64,000 bases of DNA. Source: Desulfobacteraceae bacterium. GTDB taxonomy: Bacteria; Desulfobacterota; Desulfobacteria; Desulfobacterales; JAABTS01. Position numbers and translations under genes: made by a program. Shown here one piece after another: positions 1 through 9,304 of this stretch (its first letter is position 1; each line of letters starts with the position of its first letter). The notes under the pieces were generated by a model, which made no database searches, was not told the origin of the DNA, and saw only the letters and a list, made by a program, of their open reading frames with translations. Location: positions 107 through 64,106 of the forward strand of contig JAABTS010000006.1 of assembly GCA_011389735.1 (NCBI GenBank), read 5' to 3'.

Positions 1-966
1 CCGAAGAATTTCAATCAGAGGCGTCGATCCTGTTTGTAATGTGTTGATATAATTGATTCTTTCTTTAATTTGCTCAATATCGGCCAGCAATCGATCATAT
101 TTTTCCACATCAGCGGAGAGCGTTTCCATTCGGTTATGGATTTCTTTTAAAGCCATGTGGCGTTGATACACATGGATTCCGCCGAGACCTATCAAGGCGG
201 CGACGATGAGTCCAACCAGGACGAACATTGAATAAACTCCGAGTTTGTTCGGTTTTTTACGAAGATCCGGAGGCAATAGATTGATATCGAACCCTGGTTT
301 GACAAGTCCTTTCAAAGCCAGGCCATATGCAGGAACCAGTTCGGCCGACGGGGCCCGGTGCGAAGCGCCGGCCAGATCATAGCCTTCCATTTTTTCATGA
401 TCCCGTAAAACAGAGATAAGTTCAATGTCGTTTAGAGGTTTGGAAAGTCCGGGATCTGCATATATATAATTCATAAAAGCGGTCGAATCGGTTTCCAACC
501 CGGAAATTCCACCCTGGAAAGTGTCTGCGAATCCGAGGTACGGCGCCAGAACATCTTTTTTAACCGCGATCAAGAGAACATTGATTCGATTATTTGTTTT
601 TTCTTCCGAAATGATGGCATGGTCGAAAAACAAATCAGTCTCGGAAATAGGAATATATTTTTCCATCTCATATTTCAGCGTTGCGGCAAGGTTTTCCTTG
701 ACCGCGACGGGAAACGCGATGCTTTGAATCAATGCGGATTTAGAAGGAATCCCGATAAAAATTTGCGGGAGACCGCTTTTCTTTTCCTTGATATACGTTT
801 TGGCCAATTCGCTTGTAATTTGAATCCGTTCAGCTACACTTTGGTTCGGATCAAGGGAATAATAGGCGTGATCCATCATTTCAACGCCTTTCAAAGAACC
901 TTTGAGAAGTACGAAAATGACCCGTTCTTCGCCGATGTCGATGCCGAGGCTGTATTGAAAAAGCAA
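1..966 (-). CDS. GspL / PilM-PilN-like T2SS inner-membrane assembly protein (C-terminus runs off the window)
   Basis: Absent from the ORF track because it has a non-ATG start and is truncated. My minus-strand translation begins LFQYSLGIDIGEERVIFVLLKG (actin-like PilM/GspL N-domain). It continues to DINLLPPDLRKKPNKLGVYSMFVLVGLIVAALIGLGG (PilN-type NLLP box plus TM) and then a coiled coil, open to base 1. The TTG at 964-966 is preceded by GGAG. The gene lies directly downstream of gspK. Confidence 0.6.
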   Translation of the reverse strand, partial: MLFQYSLGIDIGEERVIFVLLKGSLKGVEMMDHAYYSLDPNQSVAERIQITSELAKTYIKEKKSGLPQIFIGIPSKSALIQSIAFPVAVKENLAATLKYEMEKYIPISETDLFFDHAIISEEKTNNRINVLLIAVKKDVLAPYLGFADTFQGGISGLETDSTAFMNYIYADPGLSKPLNDIELISVLRDHEKMEGYDLAGASHRAPSAELVPAYGLALKGLVKPGFDINLLPPDLRKKPNKLGVYSMFVLVGLIVAALIGLGGIHVYQRHMALKEIHNRMETLSADVEKYDRLLADIEQIKERINYINTLQTGSTPLIEILR

Positions 967-996
967 AATATTCTCCGATCGTGATACTTTCAATCG

Positions 997-1097
997 TTTT
1001 TCAGGGATTTAATTTCACAAGGCGACGGCTCCGCGATAATGCACTGAGTATATCCGAGGGAGCAGGCCGCACGAGGAAATTAATTATCTGCAAAACG
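997..1097 (+). repeat. tier-1 palindromic MITE/REP-like element, full length
   Basis: The sequence runs ttttcagggatttaatttcacaaggcg...gaggaaattaattatctgcaaaacgg. It matches the family consensus and overlaps the last codons and stop of gspK. Confidence 0.75.
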
Positions 1098-2120
1098 GTA
1101 AAATTTATCCGTCCATTCAATGATGGAAAATTGTGTTTGTTTATCCGGTTCGATTTCAATCAACGCCCTTATCCCTCGTTTAAAATTGCTTTCATTGACG
1201 ATCCCCTCTGAAACGATCGTATAGTAAGGAGACATTTCTACGGAAATAAAAGCGTTGCACTGGCTATAAGCGTCAGTCCCGATTATTTCAACCAGTTCGT
1301 TCGATGTTCGAAAATCTTTTTCCTTCCGGTAATTCATGATGTCAGTCACCATTGATTCCGTAATTCCAGGAAGCAGGGCGATCATCTTCGAAGACGCCGC
1401 ATTGATGTTGATCGTTTCTTTCTTTGACGTTTTATTTTCATCCGCCTCTTCTTCCGGAAAGACAATGATCAGATCCTTGACGGCTCGGAACACCTCGTCC
1501 GTAACACCTCTGACCCATCGCAATTCATTCACGGATAAAAAATCCCCGTTCCTGCACTTGTATGGTTCCGGCAGAGATTGATAAAAATCGTCTTCGGCCC
1601 CGTGAAGCCTGTGGAGGGAATCTTTATCCCGCCAGTCCAGAATTGAATCCACAATGACCGCGATTTCATTTTCGTCAAGATCCGATCCGCCGAACAGTAT
1701 TTCCAGAAGTTTTCTGTTTTCCACCTGATTGATATTTATTTTCCCGCTGGTGTTTTCTATTTCAATTCTCACGCCGCCATTTGCATACGAAAATTCAGGG
1801 ATGTGGGCGTTGATCCTCCAGACTGGCGCTTCGGCGGTTTCATCATCTGTATCTTTAGGGCTCGATGGTTTGTTTTGTTCTTCAATCAATCCAGCGATCG
1901 CCTGATTGAATCCCGCATAAGCCATGTAATACGCTTCCCCATCTTCGATAAAATTTTTAGTGACAGCTATTTCAGTTCGGGTGGTTCTGCAAAATTCTCC
2001 TACGATAACCGATAATAAAGCCAGTACCCACAAAACCAGCATCAAGGCGATCCCCTTGTTTGCATTTGTATCCGGATCACTGTTGAATGCGGGCGATAAT
2101 ACATGACGGCTTTTGGTCAT
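1080..2120 (-). CDS. gspK: type II secretion minor pseudopilin GspK
   Basis: It has an N-terminal hydrophobic helix (GIALMLVLWVLALLSVIV) and an SGKININ motif. Its size (~346 aa) and its position after gspJ fit GspK. Confidence 0.85.
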   Translation of the reverse strand: MTKSRHVLSPAFNSDPDTNANKGIALMLVLWVLALLSVIVGEFCRTTRTEIAVTKNFIEDGEAYYMAYAGFNQAIAGLIEEQNKPSSPKDTDDETAEAPVWRINAHIPEFSYANGGVRIEIENTSGKININQVENRKLLEILFGGSDLDENEIAVIVDSILDWRDKDSLHRLHGAEDDFYQSLPEPYKCRNGDFLSVNELRWVRGVTDEVFRAVKDLIIVFPEEEADENKTSKKETININAASSKMIALLPGITESMVTDIMNYRKEKDFRTSNELVEIIGTDAYSQCNAFISVEMSPYYTIVSEGIVNESNFKRGIRALIEIEPDKQTQFSIIEWTDKFYRFADN

Positions 2121-2766
2121 TTTTTTCCTTCAAACATACTTTGACGGCTTTTGGCGCTTGTTGTTTTCCACCTGGGGGGGAAGCCGCCGATTCCCATTTC
2201 AGGCCGCCGTCCGCCAGGGAGTAGGTTCTGCAATAGCTAAAGGTTATCTCTTCCGCTCCGGAAAGCAGATTGTGAAAGCGATCTGAATCGGCTTCGTTTT
2301 TGAATCCGTTGGTTTTATTCGCCATGACGAGGTTTCCTATCGGCTTTTCTGAAAATAAAAGCGCGGCTTCGCCTTCCAACGCCCGTTCGATTTTATATTC
2401 GACTTCGACGCGCCCGAATGTTTCATGTCCGGGAATAAGCGGCAAAACAGATACAAACGCCATTGAATATTCATCCCCTTTGAATTCACAGGATAAATTA
2501 GCTTTTTGGGAACCGGCGGGCGTGCAGGCCGAAGCAATTTGTTGTTTGATCAGATTCAGCACAATTCGCCTCTTCTGAAGCATTTCAATGTCCCGTTCAC
2601 CTCTTTCCCACGCCCGTATTCCCGTCCTCATACCTAAAAACACCATCATCACGATAATAGATAAAATGGTTAGGGAAATCAGAAGTTCAATCAGGGTAAA
2701 TCCTCCAGACGATTTCATTCCGGACAAGACCAAACGATGACGCACGGACGATCGATTAAAAATCAT
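2077..2766 (-). CDS. gspJ: type II secretion minor pseudopilin GspJ-like
   Basis: It carries a prepilin N-methylation signal, GGFTLIELLISLTILSIIV. Its position lies between gspI and gspK. Confidence 0.75.
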   Translation of the reverse strand: MIFNRSSVRHRLVLSGMKSSGGFTLIELLISLTILSIIVMMVFLGMRTGIRAWERGERDIEMLQKRRIVLNLIKQQIASACTPAGSQKANLSCEFKGDEYSMAFVSVLPLIPGHETFGRVEVEYKIERALEGEAALLFSEKPIGNLVMANKTNGFKNEADSDRFHNLLSGAEEITFSYCRTYSLADGGLKWESAASPPGGKQQAPKAVKVCLKEKNDQKPSCIIARIQQ

Positions 2767-3284
2767 CAGTATGACGCTCCGGCGTCGAAAAACAATTCGT
2801 CTTCAGGAGACAACAATTCCGCTGTTTTCAAGGTTTGCAATTGATAACTCCGGTCCTGCGCTCCGTCGGGCCATGTGACATCGATAAGAATATCGAATAT
2901 TATCAATCCAGACTCTTTTGATTCATCTTCCTCCGACGTGTTTTTAATGGTGACGCGCCATTTGAAATCTTCGTCACATGCCCCCGACCATTCTCCTTCG
3001 GCCAGGGCCGGGTAAATCAAGATTTCCTCCATCTTTTCTTTTGCATAAAATGCGGCGCGGGTATAATCTTCGGATATTCCGACGGTTTGCAATCCCTGAG
3101 AAAACAGGTGCAAAATGATCACGAGGGAAATCGATAAAATCATCATCGCCACCAGTGTTTCAATCAGCGTGAACCCTGTTTGCAGGTCTATACGAATCCG
3201 TTCATTGTTCCTGATCTTCGATTGAGACCATTCCGGTAATGAAATCGATCCTGCACACAAATTGATTTTCGGTTTCATTATCAA
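2766..3284 (-). CDS. gspI: type II secretion minor pseudopilin GspI-like
   Basis: It carries the prepilin signal TGFTLIETLVAMMILSISL. The true start is probably downstream of the listed Met, because the listed ORF overlaps the gspH 3' end. Confidence 0.7.
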   Translation of the reverse strand: MIMKPKINLCAGSISLPEWSQSKIRNNERIRIDLQTGFTLIETLVAMMILSISLVIILHLFSQGLQTVGISEDYTRAAFYAKEKMEEILIYPALAEGEWSGACDEDFKWRVTIKNTSEEDESKESGLIIFDILIDVTWPDGAQDRSYQLQTLKTAELLSPEDELFFDAGASY

Positions 3285-3738
3285 TGATGATTACTTCGCC
3301 CCCGCTGCTAGAACCGTCCGGATAGAATAGAAATGTCGAGAATTCCTGATCGCCGTATCTTTCCAATTCCTCAGCGGCAGAGATCTCAATTCCATCGGGT
3401 GCGGGATATACTTTATAAAATTGCGGTTCATCTTCAATACCGTCCTCTGATTGATGGAATCTCATAGTGATTTTTTTTCTATCCGGTCCAATTTTACACT
3501 CAACGGTTTTTCCTGATACAACGGCTTGATTCCTTGCATATCTAAAAACAGACGTTGTATCGGCCGCCGCTGTTTTTAAGGTGGTGGAGCCGATCGAACC
3601 CGCCAATCTCGGGACGGACATGGCGAAAATAAGCCCCATGATCGTCAGAACGACCAGTAATTCGAGAAGCGTGAAACCGGAATCTTTTCCGATAACTCGA
3701 ATAATCCGTTTATATATCAATATTTTTCCAGTTAACAA
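3202..3738 (-). CDS. gspH: type II secretion minor pseudopilin GspH-like
   Basis: It carries the prepilin signal SGFTLLELLVVLTIMGLI. Its position lies after gspG. Confidence 0.7.
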   Translation of the reverse strand: MLTGKILIYKRIIRVIGKDSGFTLLELLVVLTIMGLIFAMSVPRLAGSIGSTTLKTAAADTTSVFRYARNQAVVSGKTVECKIGPDRKKITMRFHQSEDGIEDEPQFYKVYPAPDGIEISAAEELERYGDQEFSTFLFYPDGSSSGGEVIIIDNETENQFVCRIDFITGMVSIEDQEQ

Positions 3739-4150
3739 TATCCTGATTCACCTTTTCGCCGCCGACCTGGTTATCCGCGCCGTAGGAAATGATTTCGTAC
3801 TCGCTGCGTTCTCCCGGACAACGGTAAACATAAGGATTTCCCCATGGATCCAGGGGAAGCTCATGTTTCAGATACGGACCTCGCCATTTTTTTTCACTGA
3901 CATCATGCGGCCTTTCTCTAAGAGCATTCAATCCTTGTTCGGTTGTCGGATACTTTCGGACATCGAGTCGGTACAAATCCAGAGCCGTTTCAAGCAGGGA
4001 TATCTGTTCTTTGGCGGCTTTAACTTCGGCGGGCCACTGCTGACCAAACAGATTGGGCAGCACCATGGCGGCCAGAAGCGCCAGGATGCTCATAACTATC
4101 AATAGCTCAATCAATGTGAATCCTTGTTCCCGTTTTCTTTTATGTTTCAT
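3710..4150 (-). CDS. gspG: type II secretion major pseudopilin GspG
   Basis: The N-terminus is QGFTLIELLIVMSILALLAAMV. The C-terminal ...DPWGNPYVYRCPGERSEYEIISYGADNQVGGE is typical of GspG. Confidence 0.9.
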   Translation of the reverse strand: MKHKRKREQGFTLIELLIVMSILALLAAMVLPNLFGQQWPAEVKAAKEQISLLETALDLYRLDVRKYPTTEQGLNALRERPHDVSEKKWRGPYLKHELPLDPWGNPYVYRCPGERSEYEIISYGADNQVGGEKVNQDIVNWKNIDI

Positions 4151-4231
4151 TCTTTTAATCCTGTTTATAAAAATTGAATCCTTATTTGGAATTATATCGA
4201 ATCGAATTTATATCACTCACAAATGGTTATG

Positions 4232-5452
4232 TCAAAATGGGATGCTATTGATACTGAAAATTGCGGTCAGCATCGAAATCACGATAAACCCGACAAGCAA
4301 TCCCATAAGGAGGATCATGGCGGGTTCCAACAGACTGATGAATCGCTGGATTGTTCTCCGCACCGTTTTTTCATAATTCTCGGCTACCCGCATCAGCATT
4401 TGATCAAGGTTGCCGGTTTCTTCTCCCACCGTTATCATTTGTACCGCGAGCGAAGGGAAAACGCCGGCTTCGGCCAAACGATCCGATAATCTTTCTCCCT
4501 CTTTTATTTTTTCATGGATCGATCCCAATGCGTCCGCAATGACTTTGTTGCCCATAACGTCCTTGACAAGATCGATGGCCTGGAGGATCGGAACACCGCT
4601 CGACATCAACGTGCCCAATGTTCTGGCGAAACGGGAAACTTCCACGTTTCGAACGATATCGCCGATAATCGGGAGTTTGAGTTTGTACCTGTCTAGCCGG
4701 GCTCCGCCCATCTGAGTCCTGCCGTATCTGTAAATAAAATAAATGCAGGCGGCCAGCATAATCACGACACTCCACCAATATTCGCGGAACCATTGGCTGA
4801 ATCCGATTAGAAATCGTGTTGAAAGCGGTATCGCCTGTCCCATGTCGGAAAAGAGTACAGAAAATTTGGGGATTACATAGATCATCAAGATAATAATCGA
4901 AACGCCGCTTGTAAACACAATGAAGGCCGGATAATAAAGCGCCGACATGATTTCATCTTTAAGTTCTCTTGTATTTTCGAGAAATATGCTCAGGCGTTGA
5001 AGAACCGCGTCCAAAGCGCCTCCCGCTTCCCCGGCCTTGATCATGTTAACGTAAAAATCTGAAAACGCCTTCGGATGGCTCGCCATTGCATCCGACAAAT
5101 AGCTCCCCCCCTGAACCGCCTTTAGTATTTTTTCGATAACCGTTTGCAATTTCCGGTTTTCCGTGACGGCGACAAGGGTTTTCAGCGCCCGGTCAATGGG
5201 AAGTCCCGCCTGAATCAGTGACGAAAGATCCTGCGTGAACATCAACACGTCTCGGGTCGATACGCCGGTAAAAAGGGCCAGAGGATTGGATGCGCCGCTG
5301 AATTTTTGCGTCGCTCCCGCCTGCTGAATTTTAATGGGAATCAGGCCCTGATCGTGAATCAGTCCTACAGCGCCTTTCTCATCTTTGGCCTCAACCGCTC
5401 CACGGATAATTTTCCCGGAATAATCCGTCGCCTTGTATGCGTATTGCGTCAT
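4232..5452 (-). CDS. gspF: type II secretion inner-membrane platform protein GspF
   Basis: The 406-aa protein has two T2SF-type repeats with TM segments. It overlaps the gspE stop. Confidence 0.92.
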   Translation of the reverse strand: MTQYAYKATDYSGKIIRGAVEAKDEKGAVGLIHDQGLIPIKIQQAGATQKFSGASNPLALFTGVSTRDVLMFTQDLSSLIQAGLPIDRALKTLVAVTENRKLQTVIEKILKAVQGGSYLSDAMASHPKAFSDFYVNMIKAGEAGGALDAVLQRLSIFLENTRELKDEIMSALYYPAFIVFTSGVSIIILMIYVIPKFSVLFSDMGQAIPLSTRFLIGFSQWFREYWWSVVIMLAACIYFIYRYGRTQMGGARLDRYKLKLPIIGDIVRNVEVSRFARTLGTLMSSGVPILQAIDLVKDVMGNKVIADALGSIHEKIKEGERLSDRLAEAGVFPSLAVQMITVGEETGNLDQMLMRVAENYEKTVRRTIQRFISLLEPAMILLMGLLVGFIVISMLTAIFSINSIPF

Positions 5453-6969
5453 ATTTCGAGTGTCACCCGAAGGACTTCCTGAATGGTCGTGATTCCGGAT
5501 TTAACTTTATGAAAACCGTCTTGCCGCAATGTGACCAGCCCTTGTTGCATCGCCGTCTTTTTAATAACGTCGGCGCTGGAGTTGTTGATGATTTTTTTTC
5601 TGATGTCATCGTCGATCCTAAGATATTCAAATATGCCTGTCCGTCCTTTAAAGCCGGTATTTCTGCATTCCTCACAGCCCATCCCCTGATAAAAGCGCAT
5701 TTGCTTTATTTCATCGGAGGGCATGTTCAGCGATTGAACCAGTTTTTGATCAGGATCGATTTCGGTTTTGCAGTGTTGACATATCACGCGGACCAGCCTT
5801 TGCGCCAAAATTCCCAGAATGGTGGAACTGAGAAGAAAGTTTTCAACGCCCATATCCAGAAGACGTGTAATGGCTCCCGCTGAATCATTCGTATGAAGAG
5901 TGCTGAACAGCAAATGGCCTGTCAAAGCTGATTGAACGGCGATTTCAGCGGTTTCAAAGTCCCTTATTTCGCCCACCAGAATAATATCCGGGTCCTGACG
6001 CACGATAGCGCGTAGACCGTTCGCGAACGTCAACCCTATTTTCGGATTCACCTGGATTTGATTGATCCCTCTAAGCTGATATTCAACCGGATCTTCAAGC
6101 GTAATGATTTTATTTTCAGGCGCATTAATCTTGGCCAGCGTCGTGTACAGGGTCGATGTCTTTCCGCTTCCGGTCGGGCCGGTTACCAGGATCATTCCGT
6201 ACGGTTGCGAAATCGCATTGTTGTAGGTGTCAAGGACGCTATCAGGAAATCCGATATGTTTTAAGTCCAGGATAAGTGTTTCTCTATCGAGAATCCGCAT
6301 CACCAGGCTTTCTCCGAAAAGAGTGGGTATAGTTGACACTCGAAAATCGATTTCCTTATCGGCGATTCGGAGCTTGATCCGGCCGTCCTGTGGAAGCCTT
6401 CGTTCAGCGATATCGAGTCTGGACATAATCTTGACTCTGGAGATAATCGCAGCCTGAAGTCGTTTTGGAGGCGATTCCACGTCGGATAATACACCGTCGA
6501 TTCGATACCGTACCTTGAATTCATTTTCAAAAGGCTCAAAGTGAATGTCACTGGCCTGAATTTCCACCGCGTTATAAATGAGGCGGTTGACCAGACGGAT
6601 GATAGGCGCTTCGGAGGCGATATCGCGCAGCCGGTCCACATCATCGTCATCGCCGCCGGTTATTTCATAAACCCCTTTTCCGGCTTCTTCGATGATCGTT
6701 TCGATGGATTGGCTACCGGCGCCGTATAATCGTTCGATGGCGTCCAGAATATCCGCCGCTTTTCCGCGGCAAACATCGACATCGAGATTGTAAGCGTATT
6801 TTAAGGCGTCGATTGTGCCATAGGCTTCCGTATCGGCCATTGCAATTTCAAGAATGTTATCCGAAACGGAAAGCGGAACAAACATTGCCTGACGCATAAA
6901 TTTTGAGGAAAGATTGCTCAATGTGACCGGATCTTTTGGATAATCCTGATATGTGATGTCTCGAATCAT
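5449..6969 (-). CDS. gspE: type II secretion ATPase GspE
   Basis: It has a Walker A motif (GPTGSGKT) and a tetracysteine motif (CQHCK...CEECRNTG). It also has an N-terminal T2SSE_N-like domain. Confidence 0.93.
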   Translation of the reverse strand: MIRDITYQDYPKDPVTLSNLSSKFMRQAMFVPLSVSDNILEIAMADTEAYGTIDALKYAYNLDVDVCRGKAADILDAIERLYGAGSQSIETIIEEAGKGVYEITGGDDDDVDRLRDIASEAPIIRLVNRLIYNAVEIQASDIHFEPFENEFKVRYRIDGVLSDVESPPKRLQAAIISRVKIMSRLDIAERRLPQDGRIKLRIADKEIDFRVSTIPTLFGESLVMRILDRETLILDLKHIGFPDSVLDTYNNAISQPYGMILVTGPTGSGKTSTLYTTLAKINAPENKIITLEDPVEYQLRGINQIQVNPKIGLTFANGLRAIVRQDPDIILVGEIRDFETAEIAVQSALTGHLLFSTLHTNDSAGAITRLLDMGVENFLLSSTILGILAQRLVRVICQHCKTEIDPDQKLVQSLNMPSDEIKQMRFYQGMGCEECRNTGFKGRTGIFEYLRIDDDIRKKIINNSSADVIKKTAMQQGLVTLRQDGFHKVKSGITTIQEVLRVTLEI

Positions 6970-7001
6970 GGGAATAAAGAAATAAAGTACCTTTATTGAT
7001 T

Positions 7002-7100
7002 TTACAGCTTTCCGGGAATTAGATTTCGCTGCGTGGTAGATCCGGGATATATTCAGCGCCGGGGATTGACGCCTTGTGAAATTGAATTTCCGGAAAGCGG
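7002..7100 (-). repeat. tier-1 palindromic element, full length (reverse orientation)
   Basis: The sequence runs ttacagctttccgggaattagatttcgctgcg...gccttgtgaaattgaatttccggaaagcgg. It lies upstream of gspE. Confidence 0.7.
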
Positions 7101-7119
7101 CGGCGCGTCATGCCGTATA

Positions 7120-7201
7120 AAAATCAGAAGCCGGAAGATAAAATCGCCCGGATGCGGGGAACATCCCTCATCTCAGTTAATCGACCATCTTCCGGCTTTT
7201 T
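7120..7201 (-). terminator. possible (bidirectional) hairpin terminator after comEA
   Basis: A 12-13 bp stem pairs agaagccggaagat (7126-7139) with atcttccggctt (7187-7198). It encloses an inner ggatg/catcc hairpin and has T-runs on both strands. The large loop lowers confidence. Confidence 0.4.
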
Positions 7202-7231
7202 AAACCCGTCAATTTTTCGGTTTATTGTTTT

Positions 7232-7594
7232 TCAGCTTCCTTTTTTAGATGTATCGGGTTTTTGTTTTTCCGAAGGCGTGGTAGCCTTGGGAATGGTAAC
7301 GGTTATCCGATCCTTGTTTTTTTCAAAAATTTTATCCCCGACGCCTTTGACGTTTTTAAGGTCTTCAGGTTTTTGAAAAAGCTGAACAGTGGATCTGTAT
7401 TCCACGATTCTTTGAGCTATCACCGGACCGATTCGGTCCAGGGTTTGCAGTTGGGCCGCGGTTGCGGTGTTTATATCGACCTTGTCGGCCGAAACCGCTA
7501 ACCCGCTCGCAAAAAGCAGCAGAATAAAAATAAAGCTGATTTTAGCCATCTGTTTCTTTCTCATAAGACCTCCTTTTTTAATTCCAAGATTCAA
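7232..7594 (-). CDS. comEA: ComEA-family helix-hairpin-helix DNA-binding protein
   Basis: It has a signal/TM N-terminus followed by VDINTATAAQLQTLDRIGPVIAQRIVEYR...LKNVKGVGDKIFEKNKDRITV, a tandem HhH. Confidence 0.8.
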   Translation of the reverse strand: MNLGIKKGGLMRKKQMAKISFIFILLLFASGLAVSADKVDINTATAAQLQTLDRIGPVIAQRIVEYRSTVQLFQKPEDLKNVKGVGDKIFEKNKDRITVTIPKATTPSEKQKPDTSKKGS

Positions 7595-7611
7595 AGTTTG
7601 CAGGGATACAT

Positions 7612-8268
7612 TTATCGTATCATCGATACGATCTTTTCAACCAATTTTTCAATCCCCACCGATACCTCTTTTATGCCCGGTCCCAGCATATAAGCCGGAG
7701 TGGTAACGATTCGATTCTTTTCGTCGACATGAATCGTATCGACGCCGCATTTCACATGAACCGCGCCCGTCTTTTCAATGTTGGCGGCGGTGGCGGAATC
7801 TTCCCCGATGGTCACTTCGGGTTTAAGGTCAGCCGCTGCTTTGGCCAGGGTTGCGGGAGCGATACATATAGCGCCGACAGGTTTTTGCTCGCGGATCATT
7901 TCCTTGATGAGCCGTTCTACATCAGGCTGAATAGCCGCATCAGCGCCTTTGACCGCAAAATTGCTCAAATTTTTCGCCGCTCCAAATCCGCCCGGTAATA
8001 TCAATGCGTCTATATCTTCCGCGTTTATATCCTTTATATTGCTGATATCGCCTCTGGCGATCCTGGCGGATTCTATAAGTACGTTCCGTTTTTCGGATGT
8101 TCCCGTTTGATTTAAATGGTTTACGACTTCAAATTCAATATCGGGGGCCATACATACCGGAATCGCTCCGCAACGGTCTATAAAAAGCAATGTTAATACG
8201 GATTCGTGGATTTCAGCGCCGTCGAATACACCGCATCCGGATAAGATTACACCGATTTTTGGTTTCAT
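7612..8268 (-). CDS. elbB: ElbB / DJ-1-PfpI superfamily class-I glutamine-amidotransferase-like protein
   Basis: The N-terminus is MKPKIGVILSGCGVFDGAEIHESVLTLL. The motifs LILPGGFGAAKNL and PVGAICIAP are also present. Confidence 0.85.
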   Translation of the reverse strand: MKPKIGVILSGCGVFDGAEIHESVLTLLFIDRCGAIPVCMAPDIEFEVVNHLNQTGTSEKRNVLIESARIARGDISNIKDINAEDIDALILPGGFGAAKNLSNFAVKGADAAIQPDVERLIKEMIREQKPVGAICIAPATLAKAAADLKPEVTIGEDSATAANIEKTGAVHVKCGVDTIHVDEKNRIVTTPAYMLGPGIKEVSVGIEKLVEKIVSMIR

Positions 8269-8592
8269 GGATGCCTCCTTTGTTTCATTCCGCCTGGATT
8301 ATTCAGATGATCAGCTCCGTTGGATCTACGGATTAACGATTTTGAAATGCTGATCTTTCCGAAAATCTAAAGGCTTGACCTTTTATATAGAAAGGACGAT
8401 AACACAACGACTGAAACGCGTCAAGAAATAATGAGAACAAAATCGTATATAGCCGATTCTTTTTTTCGGTCATTCGCGTTCCCTTGGGAACCGATTGCTG
8501 AAAAACATATTGGTTTTAAAGCCATTTTTAAGATCAGAACGTTTTAAATGACTGTTTGCTGTGAATTTGCGATGCTTAAATGGATGTATGTA

Positions 8593-8621
8593 TTGACACT
8601 TCGTAATCCGATTGATATTAT
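8593..8621 (+). promoter_or_regulatory. sigma70-like promoter candidate upstream of the mglB/mglA cluster
   Basis: TTGACA (8593-8598), a 17-nt spacer, then TATTAT (8616-8621). A second, weaker TTGACA-17-TAAATA lies about 55 nt downstream. Confidence 0.45.
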
Positions 8622-8765
8622 GCTTTCAGATATTTTACAAAAAATATTTTGACAGCTTACTGAGGTTTCGGTAAATAGTGTTGATTTAGTGTTTCTACCC
8701 TTATTGAATACTGGCTTTCAACAACTGTTTGCGGGGTACGGAAAAAGTGATAGGAGGATAAGGCA

Positions 8766-9182
8766 TTGGGTTCCGATGACAGCTATGAGTTCACTGATTA
8801 CTCTTTAGATCAGGAGCAACTGGAATATATTGAAGAGGTGCTCGACGATGATTTGATCCAGGCCGGTGTTCACAGCGTACTATTGATTGATATGGCTGGG
8901 AATATAATCGCTCAAAAGGACAATGGACATTGTGATCATGATGTGTATTCCCTCGCAGCCCTGGCGTCGGCCAATTTCGCTGCGGTGGATACAATGGCGA
9001 AGATTGTTGGTGAAGAGGAGTTCTCACTCCTGTTTCACAAGGGAGAAAATGAAAATATACATTTCAGTAAGGTCCATTCCGAATTCCTGCTAATCACGAT
9101 TTTCGGCAAAGATGTTACGCTTGGATTGTTACGTCTCAAGGTAAATGAAGTCGTTGAAAAAATTAGGGGGCTTTGGGAATAG
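8766..9182 (+). CDS. mglB: Roadblock/LC7 (MglB-like) protein, paralog 1
   Basis: The core VHSVLLIDMAGNII...YSLAALASANFAAVDTMAKIVGE..FSLLFHKGE has a Roadblock/LC7 look. The TTG start lies 8 nt after AGGAGG, and the gene is immediately upstream of mglA. Confidence 0.8.
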   Translation: MGSDDSYEFTDYSLDQEQLEYIEEVLDDDLIQAGVHSVLLIDMAGNIIAQKDNGHCDHDVYSLAALASANFAAVDTMAKIVGEEEFSLLFHKGENENIHFSKVHSEFLLITIFGKDVTLGLLRLKVNEVVEKIRGLWE

Positions 9183-9304
9183 GCGTAATGCGAAAGTCGT
9201 TGAAAATACGCTCGAATAGTTCTCATTTCGAAGGATATAGTTATCTATCTTCCGGCGAATATGGATCCGGTGAAAACAGTAATTGTGATTAGGAGGAACC
9301 AACC

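Noticed and set aside
521-1211. Plus-strand ORFs 521..727, 619..984 and 981..1211
   Set aside because: They are antisense to a much better minus-strand reading frame (the GspL/PilM-PilN-like gene, open to base 1). The third ORF runs through a repeat copy. Their composition is low-complexity and Phe/Arg-rich, which is typical of off-frame ORFs.
9183-9304. Possible degenerate tier-1 fragment in the mglB1-mglA spacer (..cgaaggatatag ttatctatcttccggcgaat..ggtgaaaacag)
   Set aside because: Only short terminal-arm-like strings match. This is too degenerate to call without an alignment model.
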